Shown: one piece after another, positions 53,901 through 62,189 of the stretch | Position numbering within the stretch: position 1 is the stretch's first letter | How the letters are laid out: every line of letters begins with the position of its first letter | Position numbers and translations under genes: made by a program | Origin: Alistipes sp. | Lineage (GTDB): Bacteria > Bacteroidota > Bacteroidia > Bacteroidales > Rikenellaceae | Assembly (NCBI GenBank): GCA_045644085.1 | Contig: JAZRGH010000011.1 | Location: forward strand, 2,730 to 66,729 | DNA: 64,000 bases | Direction: 5' to 3' | The notes under the pieces: model-generated | Told to the model about the DNA's origin: nothing | Seen by the model: the letters and a program-made list of their open reading frames with translations, nothing else | The model's database searches: none

Positions 53901-55280
53901 TTAATCCATCTTCTCGGAGAACAGATGTCGTGCTAATTCGCTGACTGTGTTGATACGGGCTATTTCGATACCCTTAATCTTTTTGGTCGGCATCGACGCA
54001 TAGCCAGAAACAACAATCTTCTTGAAGCCCAATCGTGCCGCCTCGCTAATGCGTTGTTCGGTACGTGGTGCCGGACGCACCTCTCCCGAAAGACCTATCT
54101 CACCGGCCAAAGCCAATCCATCGTTTATTGGGCGGTCAAAGTATGACGACAGCACCGCCGCCACTACCGCCAAGTCCAAACCGGGGTCCGACACCTTGAA
54201 GCCACCTGCAAAGTTGAGGAATACATCCTTCTGGAACATCTTCAAGCCTACACGCTTCTCCAAAATCGCAAGCAACATATTCATTCGGCGCGAGTCGTAG
54301 CCCGTAGCGTTGCGCTGTGGCGTTCCGTATGCCGCCTGACTCACCAGCGCCTGCACCTCCAACAAATATGGGCGAATGCCATCTACCGTAGCCGCTACGG
54401 CAATACCCGACAGGGGCTCGTCGTAGTGCGACAAAAGCACCTCCGAAGGGTTTTCGACCGAGCGCAACCCCTTTTCGAGCATCTCGAATACTCCAATCTC
54501 GAAGGTCGCTCCGAAGCGGTTTTTGATACCTCGCAAGATGCGGTAGGTGTTGTTTCCATCGCCCTCAAACTGCAACACCACATCAACAATATGCTCCAAC
54601 ACCTTCGGGCCTGCAATCGTACCCTCCTTGGTGATATGACCTATTATAAATACGGGCGTACCGCTGCCTTTGGCGTATTTAAGCAGGGTAGAGGCGCACT
54701 CACGAATCTGCGACACACTACCCGCAGAGGCATCGACCAAGTCGGTGTAGATGGTCTGAATGGAATCGACAACCACCATATCGGGCTTTATCGCCTCGCA
54801 CTGCGCAACGATATTTTCGAGCAAAGTTTCGGTGTATACCACACACTCCTCGTTGTGAATGCCGAGTCGCTCGGCACGCATCTTAATCTGCTCGGCAGAC
54901 TCCTCGCCCGACACATAGAGCGTGCGTAGGTTGTTGTCCGCCAAGGCGAGTTGCAGGGCAAGCGTAGATTTTCCGATACCCGGCTCACCACCCACAAGGA
55001 TAACCGAGCCTGGCACCAAACCGCCACCTAAGACACGATTGACCTCGCTCTGACCGACATCTATGCGCTTTGTTTCGCCCGTCTTGATATCCTGCACTCG
55101 TTGTGGCTTCGCCTTTGGTACTGCTGACGATGTTACCGCCGCAGCCACCGAAGAGCCCTTCTTCGCCACTACCAACTCATCAAAAGTGTTCCACGCACCG
55201 CACGAAGGGCACTTTCCGAGCCACTTCGGAGCATCGTAACCGCACTCACGACAAACATATGCCTTTTTTGCCTCTGCCAT
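53901..55280 (-). CDS. radA: DNA repair protein RadA/Sms
   Basis: C4 zinc finger, GEPGIGKST, KNRFG and Lon-like C-terminus. Confidence 0.97.
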   Translation of the reverse strand: MAEAKKAYVCRECGYDAPKWLGKCPSCGAWNTFDELVVAKKGSSVAAAVTSSAVPKAKPQRVQDIKTGETKRIDVGQSEVNRVLGGGLVPGSVILVGGEPGIGKSTLALQLALADNNLRTLYVSGEESAEQIKMRAERLGIHNEECVVYTETLLENIVAQCEAIKPDMVVVDSIQTIYTDLVDASAGSVSQIRECASTLLKYAKGSGTPVFIIGHITKEGTIAGPKVLEHIVDVVLQFEGDGNNTYRILRGIKNRFGATFEIGVFEMLEKGLRSVENPSEVLLSHYDEPLSGIAVAATVDGIRPYLLEVQALVSQAAYGTPQRNATGYDSRRMNMLLAILEKRVGLKMFQKDVFLNFAGGFKVSDPGLDLAVVAAVLSSYFDRPINDGLALAGEIGLSGEVRPAPRTEQRISEAARLGFKKIVVSGYASMPTKKIKGIEIARINTVSELARHLFSEKMD

Positions 55281-55301
55281 AGTACTTAATTTTGCTTGAC
55301 A

Positions 55302-55350
55302 CAAAATTAAGAATTAAAAATTAAAAATTGAGAATTAAGAATTAAAAGTT
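55302..55350 (-). promoter_or_regulatory. radA -7 box (TAATTTTG, 55302-55309) overlapping a 7-bp tandem array
   Basis: + strand reads aattaag|aattaaa|aattaaa|aattgag|aattaag|aattaaa|agtt. Confidence 0.7.
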
Positions 55351-55366
55351 TTTGAAGAGAGGATTT

Positions 55367-55444
55367 TAGCGGCAGTTAGGGGTAATTAGAGTTGCGCCAC
55401 TCTAACTATCGCTAACTACCCCTAACCACCACTAATAACCACTA
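55367..55444. repeat. Inverted array of degenerate 10-mers
   Basis: tagcggcagt|taggggtaat|tagagt ... act|ctaactatcg|ctaactaccc|ctaaccacca|ctaataacca|cta. Confidence 0.75.
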
Positions 55445-55458
55445 TTTATTAGCGCAAC

Positions 55459-55490
55459 TTTGCAACTCTCGAAAATAATTTCTAAATTTG
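55459..55490 (+). promoter_or_regulatory. Full Bacteroidota consensus promoter (-33 TTTG, -7 TAAATTTG)
   Basis: TTTG at 55459-55462, 20-nt spacer, TAAATTTG at 55483-55490. Confidence 0.8.
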
Positions 55491-55493
55491 TGG

Positions 55494-55734
55494 TGCAGTC
55501 CTCGGATTGCAGACATATAGAAAGTGTTTTTCGTATTGTTCTTGGTAGAGAATCTGACAGTTTTCAATGAGAAGGAACGGCGAATAGCACTCATTCCTTG
55601 TATAGTTATGACGCTATGCCAGAATTGGCATACCCATACTATTCAAGTGTGGGGCTTTATATCGTTTATCTTCTCAAAGGTTTTGTCAGAACCTTCTATC
55701 AAATAGACGAAAATCAACCTCACACTTTCTTTTT
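55494..55734 (+). ncRNA. Putative structured RNA or 5' leader: small hairpin plus a ~210-nt imperfect rod
   Basis: A nested series of complementary blocks seen by eye (detailed in findings), starting just after a consensus promoter and ending in a T run. Confidence 0.65.
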
Positions 55735-55779
55735 ATAATAACCGCACATTCGGGGGTTGGTGGGCAAAATGAGGAAACT

Positions 55780-56871
55780 ATGGATTTCAAGGAGTCTATT
55801 AAAGATTTATCAGAACGCATAATTGCTTATAAAGACCTATTGCATAATGAAGAGCAGACAAAAGACTCTTTGATTAAGCCGTTTGTTCGCTTAATGGGAT
55901 ATGATAGTTCTAATCCATTGGAGGTTAAGGCTGAAATGCATTGTGATGTAGGGATAAAGAAAGGTGAGAAAGTCGATTACTGCATATTAAATAATGGTGA
56001 GCCTATTATTTTGATAGAATGCAAGCGTTATGGCGAAAATCTATCTACTCACTACAATCAGCTATTTCGATATTTTAGTGTATCCGAAGCAAAGTTTGCG
56101 ATTTTAACCAATGGTATTACATATCAATTTTTTACAGACCTTGTAAAACCAAATATAATGGATGAAAAGCCATTTATAGAGATTGATCTCACAAATATCG
56201 AAGATTGGCAAATAGATGAAATTCAGAAATTTCACAAGTCTGTCTTTGATGCTGAGCGTATTCGGAATGCTGCAAGAAAACGCAAAGATACGGAAGACTT
56301 GGCTACTAAATTAAAGAACACAATCAAAAACGAGCTCCACTCTCCTTCTGAAGATTTAGTGAATTTCTTTATAGAAAAAGTTTGTGGAAAAGAACTTTCG
56401 CAAGAACTCTTTGTATATTTTTCAGAAGTAGTGAAACGACACTTTGTTGATTTAATTGCGGACAAATCAAATGTTGCTACAACTCACCCTCACCACGATA
56501 TTGGCACCAACAGACATAGGACTACAACTTCTTCGGGAAAAGACAAGTCACAATATGCTATTAATGGTAAAGGTTGTTATGGCAAATGTCCTCTTCCAAA
56601 GGAAGTTGTTAAAGAGTATCTAAAACAGTATAATATCTTATCCATAGAGCAATTGCAGGATATTTTCTTAGATGATTTGCAGGGTAGCAGGTTGGGAGTT
56701 ATACGAGCAAAAATAGAAGACAAGAATGTCAAAAGATATTATAAAATAGAAGACCATAAATTGGGAATTATTTATGTATGCAAAGATTGGTATCCTTGGA
56801 CTATTACCAATTTTTTATCCCACGTCAATACAAATATCGAAGGTATAACCATCACTAAAATAGAGAAATAA
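55780..56871 (+). CDS. Stand-alone HsdR_N-type (type I restriction R N-terminal-like) PD-(D/E)xK nuclease with an additional C-terminal domain
   Basis: NEEQTK..LI.PF...MGYD..NP.EV, KKGEKVDY, ILIECK, QLFRYF, AILTNG and MDEKPF motifs. No helicase motifs. Confidence 0.8.
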   Translation: MDFKESIKDLSERIIAYKDLLHNEEQTKDSLIKPFVRLMGYDSSNPLEVKAEMHCDVGIKKGEKVDYCILNNGEPIILIECKRYGENLSTHYNQLFRYFSVSEAKFAILTNGITYQFFTDLVKPNIMDEKPFIEIDLTNIEDWQIDEIQKFHKSVFDAERIRNAARKRKDTEDLATKLKNTIKNELHSPSEDLVNFFIEKVCGKELSQELFVYFSEVVKRHFVDLIADKSNVATTHPHHDIGTNRHRTTTSSGKDKSQYAINGKGCYGKCPLPKEVVKEYLKQYNILSIEQLQDIFLDDLQGSRLGVIRAKIEDKNVKRYYKIEDHKLGIIYVCKDWYPWTITNFLSHVNTNIEGITITKIEK

Positions 56872-57609
56872 ATGAGAACAAATCTTACGGGCGGTATAAC
56901 CTCTTTTGTAGTATTTTTTGTTATGCTTGCTCTAATTGTAGAAAATATTGCTGTTATATTGGGATTTATAGGAATTGTTGCAGCGATAGCTATAGTGGTT
57001 ATTGTTGCGAAAAATAGTGCAGAAAAAGAGCAATCAAGACAACAAGAAGCCTACGAGGAGTATGCACAAAAGAGGGAACAGCAAAAGATTAAATCAACCC
57101 AGTCGAAAATAGATAATGCTCTAGAACTCTTAACCGAGAAGCACGGAGCACCTGACAGAGTTATACGCCCCAATGACCTAACGGATTATGGTTACTTTGC
57201 ACTATTTGTTAATCATAAAGTTATCTATATCAATGATATCGCATTTCCATTTGCCGACATTGCATCATATAAATTAGTAGATAATTGCCAAATTACCAAA
57301 GGAAACATAAGTGGAAGTGTTACGACATCAGCCGACACAAAAGATGTTGTAATCAGCAGTTTGGCAGGCGATTTTTGGGGAGGTAAGACGGGTGCTATTA
57401 TAGGTGGTGCTACTGCACAAAAACATTCATCGGTAAACCTTGTGCAAAATAATGATACTCTCATTCACGACTACACTTTGTTAATCAATCTGAAAGGTAT
57501 TAATCGTGAAGGTATTGAGATGCATATCGGTGATGATTGGCGATTAGCCGCAGAATTGGAACACCTATTCGACCAAATAATCAAAGAGAGCAATTCCTCG
57601 ATGCCATAG
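56872..57609 (+). CDS. Hypothetical membrane-anchored protein (N-terminal TM segments, coiled coil, beta-rich domain with a GAIIGG motif)
   Basis: ATG immediately follows the previous TAA. Residues ~8-46 are hydrophobic, and AGDFWGGKTGAIIGGATA is glycine-zipper-like. Confidence 0.75.
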   Translation: MRTNLTGGITSFVVFFVMLALIVENIAVILGFIGIVAAIAIVVIVAKNSAEKEQSRQQEAYEEYAQKREQQKIKSTQSKIDNALELLTEKHGAPDRVIRPNDLTDYGYFALFVNHKVIYINDIAFPFADIASYKLVDNCQITKGNISGSVTTSADTKDVVISSLAGDFWGGKTGAIIGGATAQKHSSVNLVQNNDTLIHDYTLLINLKGINREGIEMHIGDDWRLAAELEHLFDQIIKESNSSMP

Positions 57610-57630
57610 GTATCGAAAACGATACCCGGC

Positions 57631-57717
57631 ATAGGGAATATAGGGAATATAGGGAATTTAATGAAAATAGGGAGAATAGCTTTTCGCTAAACTCCCTAAA
57701 TTCTTTAATCTCACTAT
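57631..57717. repeat. Inverted array of 9-mers
   Basis: ATAGGGAAT x3, ttaatgaaa, atagggaga, tagc-ttttc-gcta, then aactcccta|aattcttta|atctcacta. Confidence 0.8.
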
Positions 57718-57730
57718 AAAGCCAATGGCT

Positions 57731-57769
57731 AAAAGAAAAGAGCCGAGCAGAAAATATAATCTGCTCGGC
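57731..57769 (-). terminator. Terminator of the rseP operon
   Basis: GCCGAGCAGA / TCTGCTCGGC with an A-rich run on the + strand. Confidence 0.75.
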
Positions 57770-57799
57770 ACCTTTAATTCTCAATTCCCAATTTGCAAA

Positions 57800-59122
57800 C
57801 TATTTGAATAGTTTGTAAATATCATTTCCGTTGGCGAAGATGACGAGTGCCAAAATCAACGCCATACCGATATACTGTGCGACCTCCAAGACCTTATCGC
57901 TCACTTTACGGCCCGTAATCATCTCCCAGAAGGTGAATATCATGTGTCCGCCATCGAGTCCGGGGATAGGAATGATATTCATAACCGCCAAGATAATCGA
58001 CAAAAACGCTGTCATCGACCAGAACTGGTGCCAATCCCACTCCGAAGGGAAGATGTTGCCGATAGCGATAAAGCCACCAACATGCTTATACAAGCCGGTG
58101 TCAGGCTTCACGATAAGCACCAACTGATCCCAATAATTTTTGATTGTCTTGGCTGTCAAACGAGCACCCGCAGGGATAGCCTGGAAGAAGTTATACTCCT
58201 CGGTACGCACCTTAAAGAAATTTTGGTTTATAACACCCAACTTACCCTCAGCATCTACGGGAACCGACAAAGACAAAGTATCAGCACCTCGTAACACCTG
58301 CAACTCGGCATTCGAGCCGGCCAACTTCGAGAGGCGCTCGGCATAGTGGCTGAAATATGGAAGACTCTCACCTCCGATACCGATAATACGATCACCCTTC
58401 TCCAAACCTGCAGCCAAAGCGGTAGGCGAAGCTATGCTATCCACCACAAATGGTACCAAAGGTGCGTACAGACGCTCCTTCTCGAAAGTGTTATCCTTAC
58501 GCATCAGATTGAGTATCTCGTTGTTGAGCAAGAACTTATGCTCCACACCGCCACGAACAACCTCCACCTCGCAATTCTCCTTTGCAAGAAGAATCTTGCC
58601 GAGTATAGAGTTGATATTGTCAATCTTCTCGCCACCGATAGTTACGATGCGGTCGCCATCTTGGAAGCCCAACTGCTCAGCACTCTGCGAGAACTCGTAG
58701 CCATAAATCATATCCTCATTCGAGATATACTGCGAGCCATACGAGAACGAGATACCGCAATAGATGAAGAATGCCAAGATTACATTCATCGTAACGCCTG
58801 CTGCAAGCACGAGGAAGCGTTGCCAAGCGGGTTTTGCACGATACTCCCAAGGTTGCGGAGCCGAAGCCAACTGCTCCTTATCCATACTCTCATCGACCAT
58901 ACCCGCAATTTTGCAGTAGCCACCGAGAGGCAACCAACCCAAACCATACTCCGTGTCGCCCCACTTCTTCTTCCAGAGCGAGAAGCCTGCATCGAAGAAG
59001 ATGTAGAACTTCTCGACACGAATTTTGAAGATGCGTGCCACAATGAAGTGTCCGAACTCATGAATAGCCACCAACAGCGTGAGGCTCATAAAAAACTGTA
59101 AAACTTTTACTAAAATATCCAT
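57800..59122 (-). CDS. rseP: RIP metalloprotease RseP
   Basis: HEFGH, PLGGYCKIAGM, PDZ domains and NIIPIPGLDGG motifs. Confidence 0.95.
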   Translation of the reverse strand: MDILVKVLQFFMSLTLLVAIHEFGHFIVARIFKIRVEKFYIFFDAGFSLWKKKWGDTEYGLGWLPLGGYCKIAGMVDESMDKEQLASAPQPWEYRAKPAWQRFLVLAAGVTMNVILAFFIYCGISFSYGSQYISNEDMIYGYEFSQSAEQLGFQDGDRIVTIGGEKIDNINSILGKILLAKENCEVEVVRGGVEHKFLLNNEILNLMRKDNTFEKERLYAPLVPFVVDSIASPTALAAGLEKGDRIIGIGGESLPYFSHYAERLSKLAGSNAELQVLRGADTLSLSVPVDAEGKLGVINQNFFKVRTEEYNFFQAIPAGARLTAKTIKNYWDQLVLIVKPDTGLYKHVGGFIAIGNIFPSEWDWHQFWSMTAFLSIILAVMNIIPIPGLDGGHMIFTFWEMITGRKVSDKVLEVAQYIGMALILALVIFANGNDIYKLFK

Positions 59123-59140
59123 ATTGTTTTTCTGTTATAA

Positions 59141-59992
59141 TTATCTAACGGTTATGTGGTAGCAATATTGCTTGCGTTCAATCTTAACATAGCAACGCCC
59201 CTCGTTACGAAGTTCGTGCAGTGTCTGTGCCAATGCCAATCGCAGTTGGTAATTATCTCGTGGCCTTACCCTATCCACACCAAAACGCACATACGAAATA
59301 TCTATCGTAGTGGCGTTGCAGTGGCACGAATTGGTCGACGCGTTGACATTCGTCTTGCGTAGCTTGGCAACATCCTCCTCTGTACGCAAAACACTTGTTA
59401 CCATAAAGCGAACCTTCGACTGCGTTTTTTCTTGAAAACGTGCAGCTATATCATCAAGCAAATCACGCACCTTAGGCACAACATAAGGCGATGAACTTGT
59501 CAATTCGCGCACAATATATTTCGAGTTGCTCTCGATATATACCAACTTGCGGCCAAGACGCAATTTATTGTAATTTTTCTCTATCTCGGCTCTCGATTTG
59601 AATGGCGCAAGGCCATTCGCCATGGCAGCAGCCTTCTGTTTGTTCTGCATATCGTTGAACGAGCGCTCATAAATCTTGGCTTTTCCTTCAATCGGTGTGT
59701 AAATTGTGCTTTCAGATATCAACCAGAAGGTAAATATCGAGGCGCATATCGGCACAAGTTGCAACATAAGACTATGAGATATAAACCGTTGAAAGCCATA
59801 TCTCTTGCTTACAAAGACAATTGCTACCACCAAATATGTCGCAATAGCAGCATAGAGAAGTATCCAAAGAACCAGCGAGATATTAAAATAGAGATAGGCA
59901 TAATACATCGCCCAGGCAACAAGCGCCAAACAGACGAATGTCAGGAGGTAATATACAGACTTAAATATAACCTTTTGCCTATCAGTATTCAT
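59141..59992 (-). CDS. Membrane-anchored DUF5715-like protein
   Basis: Three N-terminal TM segments. VTSVLRT..LR..N.NA...SCH....IDI and KIER.Q.CYHITVR motifs. Confidence 0.65.
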   Translation of the reverse strand: MNTDRQKVIFKSVYYLLTFVCLALVAWAMYYAYLYFNISLVLWILLYAAIATYLVVAIVFVSKRYGFQRFISHSLMLQLVPICASIFTFWLISESTIYTPIEGKAKIYERSFNDMQNKQKAAAMANGLAPFKSRAEIEKNYNKLRLGRKLVYIESNSKYIVRELTSSSPYVVPKVRDLLDDIAARFQEKTQSKVRFMVTSVLRTEEDVAKLRKTNVNASTNSCHCNATTIDISYVRFGVDRVRPRDNYQLRLALAQTLHELRNEGRCYVKIERKQYCYHITVR

Positions 59993-59996
59993 CGCG

Positions 59997-61151
59997 TTAT
60001 AGTTTCAGGTATTCACGAGCCAATCGTCGCGATTCTGCATCAATATCGGCATAATCCGAGAGCGATGGCATTGCGACAAATTGAGCCTTCGCAATAGCAT
60101 GTTCTATTGTGCCTACAATATCGGTATAGCGACACTTTCCGGCAAGAAATGCTGCCACAGCAACCTCATTCGCACCATTCATTGTTGCCGCTACCGAACC
60201 TCCTCGGCGCAGGCAGTCGTAGGCAATACCGAGTGCAGGGAAGCGTTCATTATCGACTTCTCGGAATGTAAGCGACGAATTCTTAACAAAGTCGAAAGGA
60301 GGCGTATCTCGCACCACTCTTTCCGGATACATCAACGCAACACTTATAGGTGTACGCATATCGGGCTCGCCCATCTGGGCCTTAATCGAGCCATCTTCAA
60401 ACTCCACCATCGAATGAATGATAGATTCCGGATGAATCACAACATCAATCTTTTCGGCAGGCGTTCCGAACAGCCAATGTGCCTCAATAACCTCAAAGCC
60501 CTTATTCACAAGCGTTGCCGAATCAATAGTAATTTTTGCACCCATATCCCAACGAGGGTGACGCAAAGCCTGCTCAGCCGTAATATCCGCCAACTTCTCC
60601 TTTGGGACGTCGCGCAATGCACCTCCGCTACAAGTTATTATCAGACGACGAAGCGGAGAATATTCGCCCATCAGACACTGAAATATAGCCGAATGTTCCG
60701 AGTCTATCGGCAGGATTGGAGCCTGATGCTTAATCGCCATCGGCATAATCGTAGCACCACCAACCACCAATGTCTCTTTGTTTGCAAGAGCGATACGCTT
60801 GTGAACCTCGATTGCACGAGCCGTAGGTATCAGTCCCGCATATCCGACCAAGGCATTTACTACTGTATCGACATTCCCTGCCGATGCAACCGATGCAATA
60901 GAATCATCACCTGCAAAAACTTTTATCGGATAGTCGGCCAATGCGTCGCAAAGAGGCTTATAGTATTGCTCATCACCAATAACCACCATATCGACATCAA
61001 AAGCAATCGCTTGTTCTGCCAACTTCTGCCAATTACGGTTTGCCGTAAGCGACACAACCTCAAAACGCTCTGGATTTTCACGTACTATATCGAGTGTCTG
61101 CACTCCTATCGAGCCGGTCGAGCCCAAAATCGAAAGTCGTTGCTTTTCCAT
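59997..61151 (-). CDS. dxr: 1-deoxy-D-xylulose-5-phosphate reductoisomerase
   Basis: ILGSTGSIG, LANKE, PIDSEH and WDMGAKITIDSATLVNKG motifs. Confidence 0.97.
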   Translation of the reverse strand: MEKQRLSILGSTGSIGVQTLDIVRENPERFEVVSLTANRNWQKLAEQAIAFDVDMVVIGDEQYYKPLCDALADYPIKVFAGDDSIASVASAGNVDTVVNALVGYAGLIPTARAIEVHKRIALANKETLVVGGATIMPMAIKHQAPILPIDSEHSAIFQCLMGEYSPLRRLIITCSGGALRDVPKEKLADITAEQALRHPRWDMGAKITIDSATLVNKGFEVIEAHWLFGTPAEKIDVVIHPESIIHSMVEFEDGSIKAQMGEPDMRTPISVALMYPERVVRDTPPFDFVKNSSLTFREVDNERFPALGIAYDCLRRGGSVAATMNGANEVAVAAFLAGKCRYTDIVGTIEHAIAKAQFVAMPSLSDYADIDAESRRLAREYLKL

Positions 61152-61163
61152 CAGAAACTCCGT

Positions 61164-62015
61164 TTAGAAGATAATATATAGTTCAGGGTTTACCGCTTTG
61201 CCTTCACGCCAAAGTTCAAATTCAAGCATTGAGAGTTCTGCCTCCTTGTCGCCACCGGCATAGCCGATTGCCTGTGCACCCTGTACACGTTCTCCTTTCG
61301 AAAGCAACACTCCCGACAAATTACGATATACCGACAAATAGTTATCCTTGTGCTGAATAACGACACCATGTCCCGACTCAGGAGTCCACTCGCTCAATAC
61401 AACCACTCCATCAGCGATTGCCGACACCTGCGCATCTTTAGTTCCGTTAATACGTACTCCAAGCAGACCTTGCGAGTTAAATCGTTCTGAAATAAGTCCA
61501 TACATCGGAGATACAGCATTCAGTGTATTTTGAATTGCGACATTAGGTTTAGTGTCATTCAAACGATATCGTTCATCATTCTCAATCTTTTGGCGCAACA
61601 AAGAATCCGCCTTCGACGGAGCCACAAAGGTCTTACTACGATGCAGAGAGTCGTTCTTGACAGACTGCATGGCAGGAGTTTTACCACTCACAACGAGGAT
61701 ACGGTTTTCGTTATATGTAAGCATATCGTTCATCTTACGCTCCAACGAGTCGATACGCACAATACTGCGTATAAGCATCTCGCGAGAGCGACCTGCATTT
61801 GTACGATATCCCGGCATCAGATCAAGCAACGGAGTATATGCCACCAGCACAAGCAAAACGCCGAAAACAAGAGCTACTACGGCTATACTGATTGCTGTCA
61901 ACATTGTCGGCGAGAGATCGGTGTGCCAACGCTCCTCCTCATTATCGAAAACAACGATATGACGTTTACGCACAATACTGCCGAACAACAAATTTATCTT
62001 ACTAAAAAGTGCCAT
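61164..62015 (-). CDS. M23/LytM-domain protein, apparently lacking the metal ligands
   Basis: TM plus coiled coil plus an M23-fold pattern (V.AIADGVV, G..VVIQH, G.RV....IG, FELW..G..VNP). Lies upstream of dxr. Confidence 0.8.
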   Translation of the reverse strand: MALFSKINLLFGSIVRKRHIVVFDNEEERWHTDLSPTMLTAISIAVVALVFGVLLVLVAYTPLLDLMPGYRTNAGRSREMLIRSIVRIDSLERKMNDMLTYNENRILVVSGKTPAMQSVKNDSLHRSKTFVAPSKADSLLRQKIENDERYRLNDTKPNVAIQNTLNAVSPMYGLISERFNSQGLLGVRINGTKDAQVSAIADGVVVLSEWTPESGHGVVIQHKDNYLSVYRNLSGVLLSKGERVQGAQAIGYAGGDKEAELSMLEFELWREGKAVNPELYIIF

Positions 62016-62093
62016 TTCTCAAAAAATCCAATTAACTCGGTAAAGGTACAAATAATTTTCGAATTTATTATTGTTTATTAAGGATAAAGTGAT

Positions 62094-62101
62094 TAATTTT
62101 G
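62094..62101 (+). promoter_or_regulatory. -7 box for the phosphoesterase pair
   Basis: TAATTTTG followed by CAGTG. Confidence 0.6.
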
Positions 62102-62189
62102 CAGTGCATAACACTTTATACGTAGATTTTGACACTACAAAACATACTACTGTTAATACACATACATAAACCTTTAAATATTAAACAAA

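Noticed and set aside
55524-55706. 60-aa GTG-start ORF inside the rod hairpin
   Set aside because: No recognisable features, and it lies within the paired region. A leader-peptide role cannot be fully excluded without ribosome profiling.
55780-56871. Complete type I restriction-modification system
   Set aside because: Only the N-terminal nuclease-like domain is present, with no helicase, hsdM or hsdS.
57631-57717. 9-mer repeats as CRISPR repeats or iterons
   Set aside because: The units are too short, directly abutting and arranged as an inverted array, and no rep or cas gene is nearby.
60081-61181. 366-aa + strand ORF opposite dxr (similarly 27928-28701, 58346-59101 and 9851-10477)
   Set aside because: Each overlaps a confident gene on the other strand and has non-protein-like composition.
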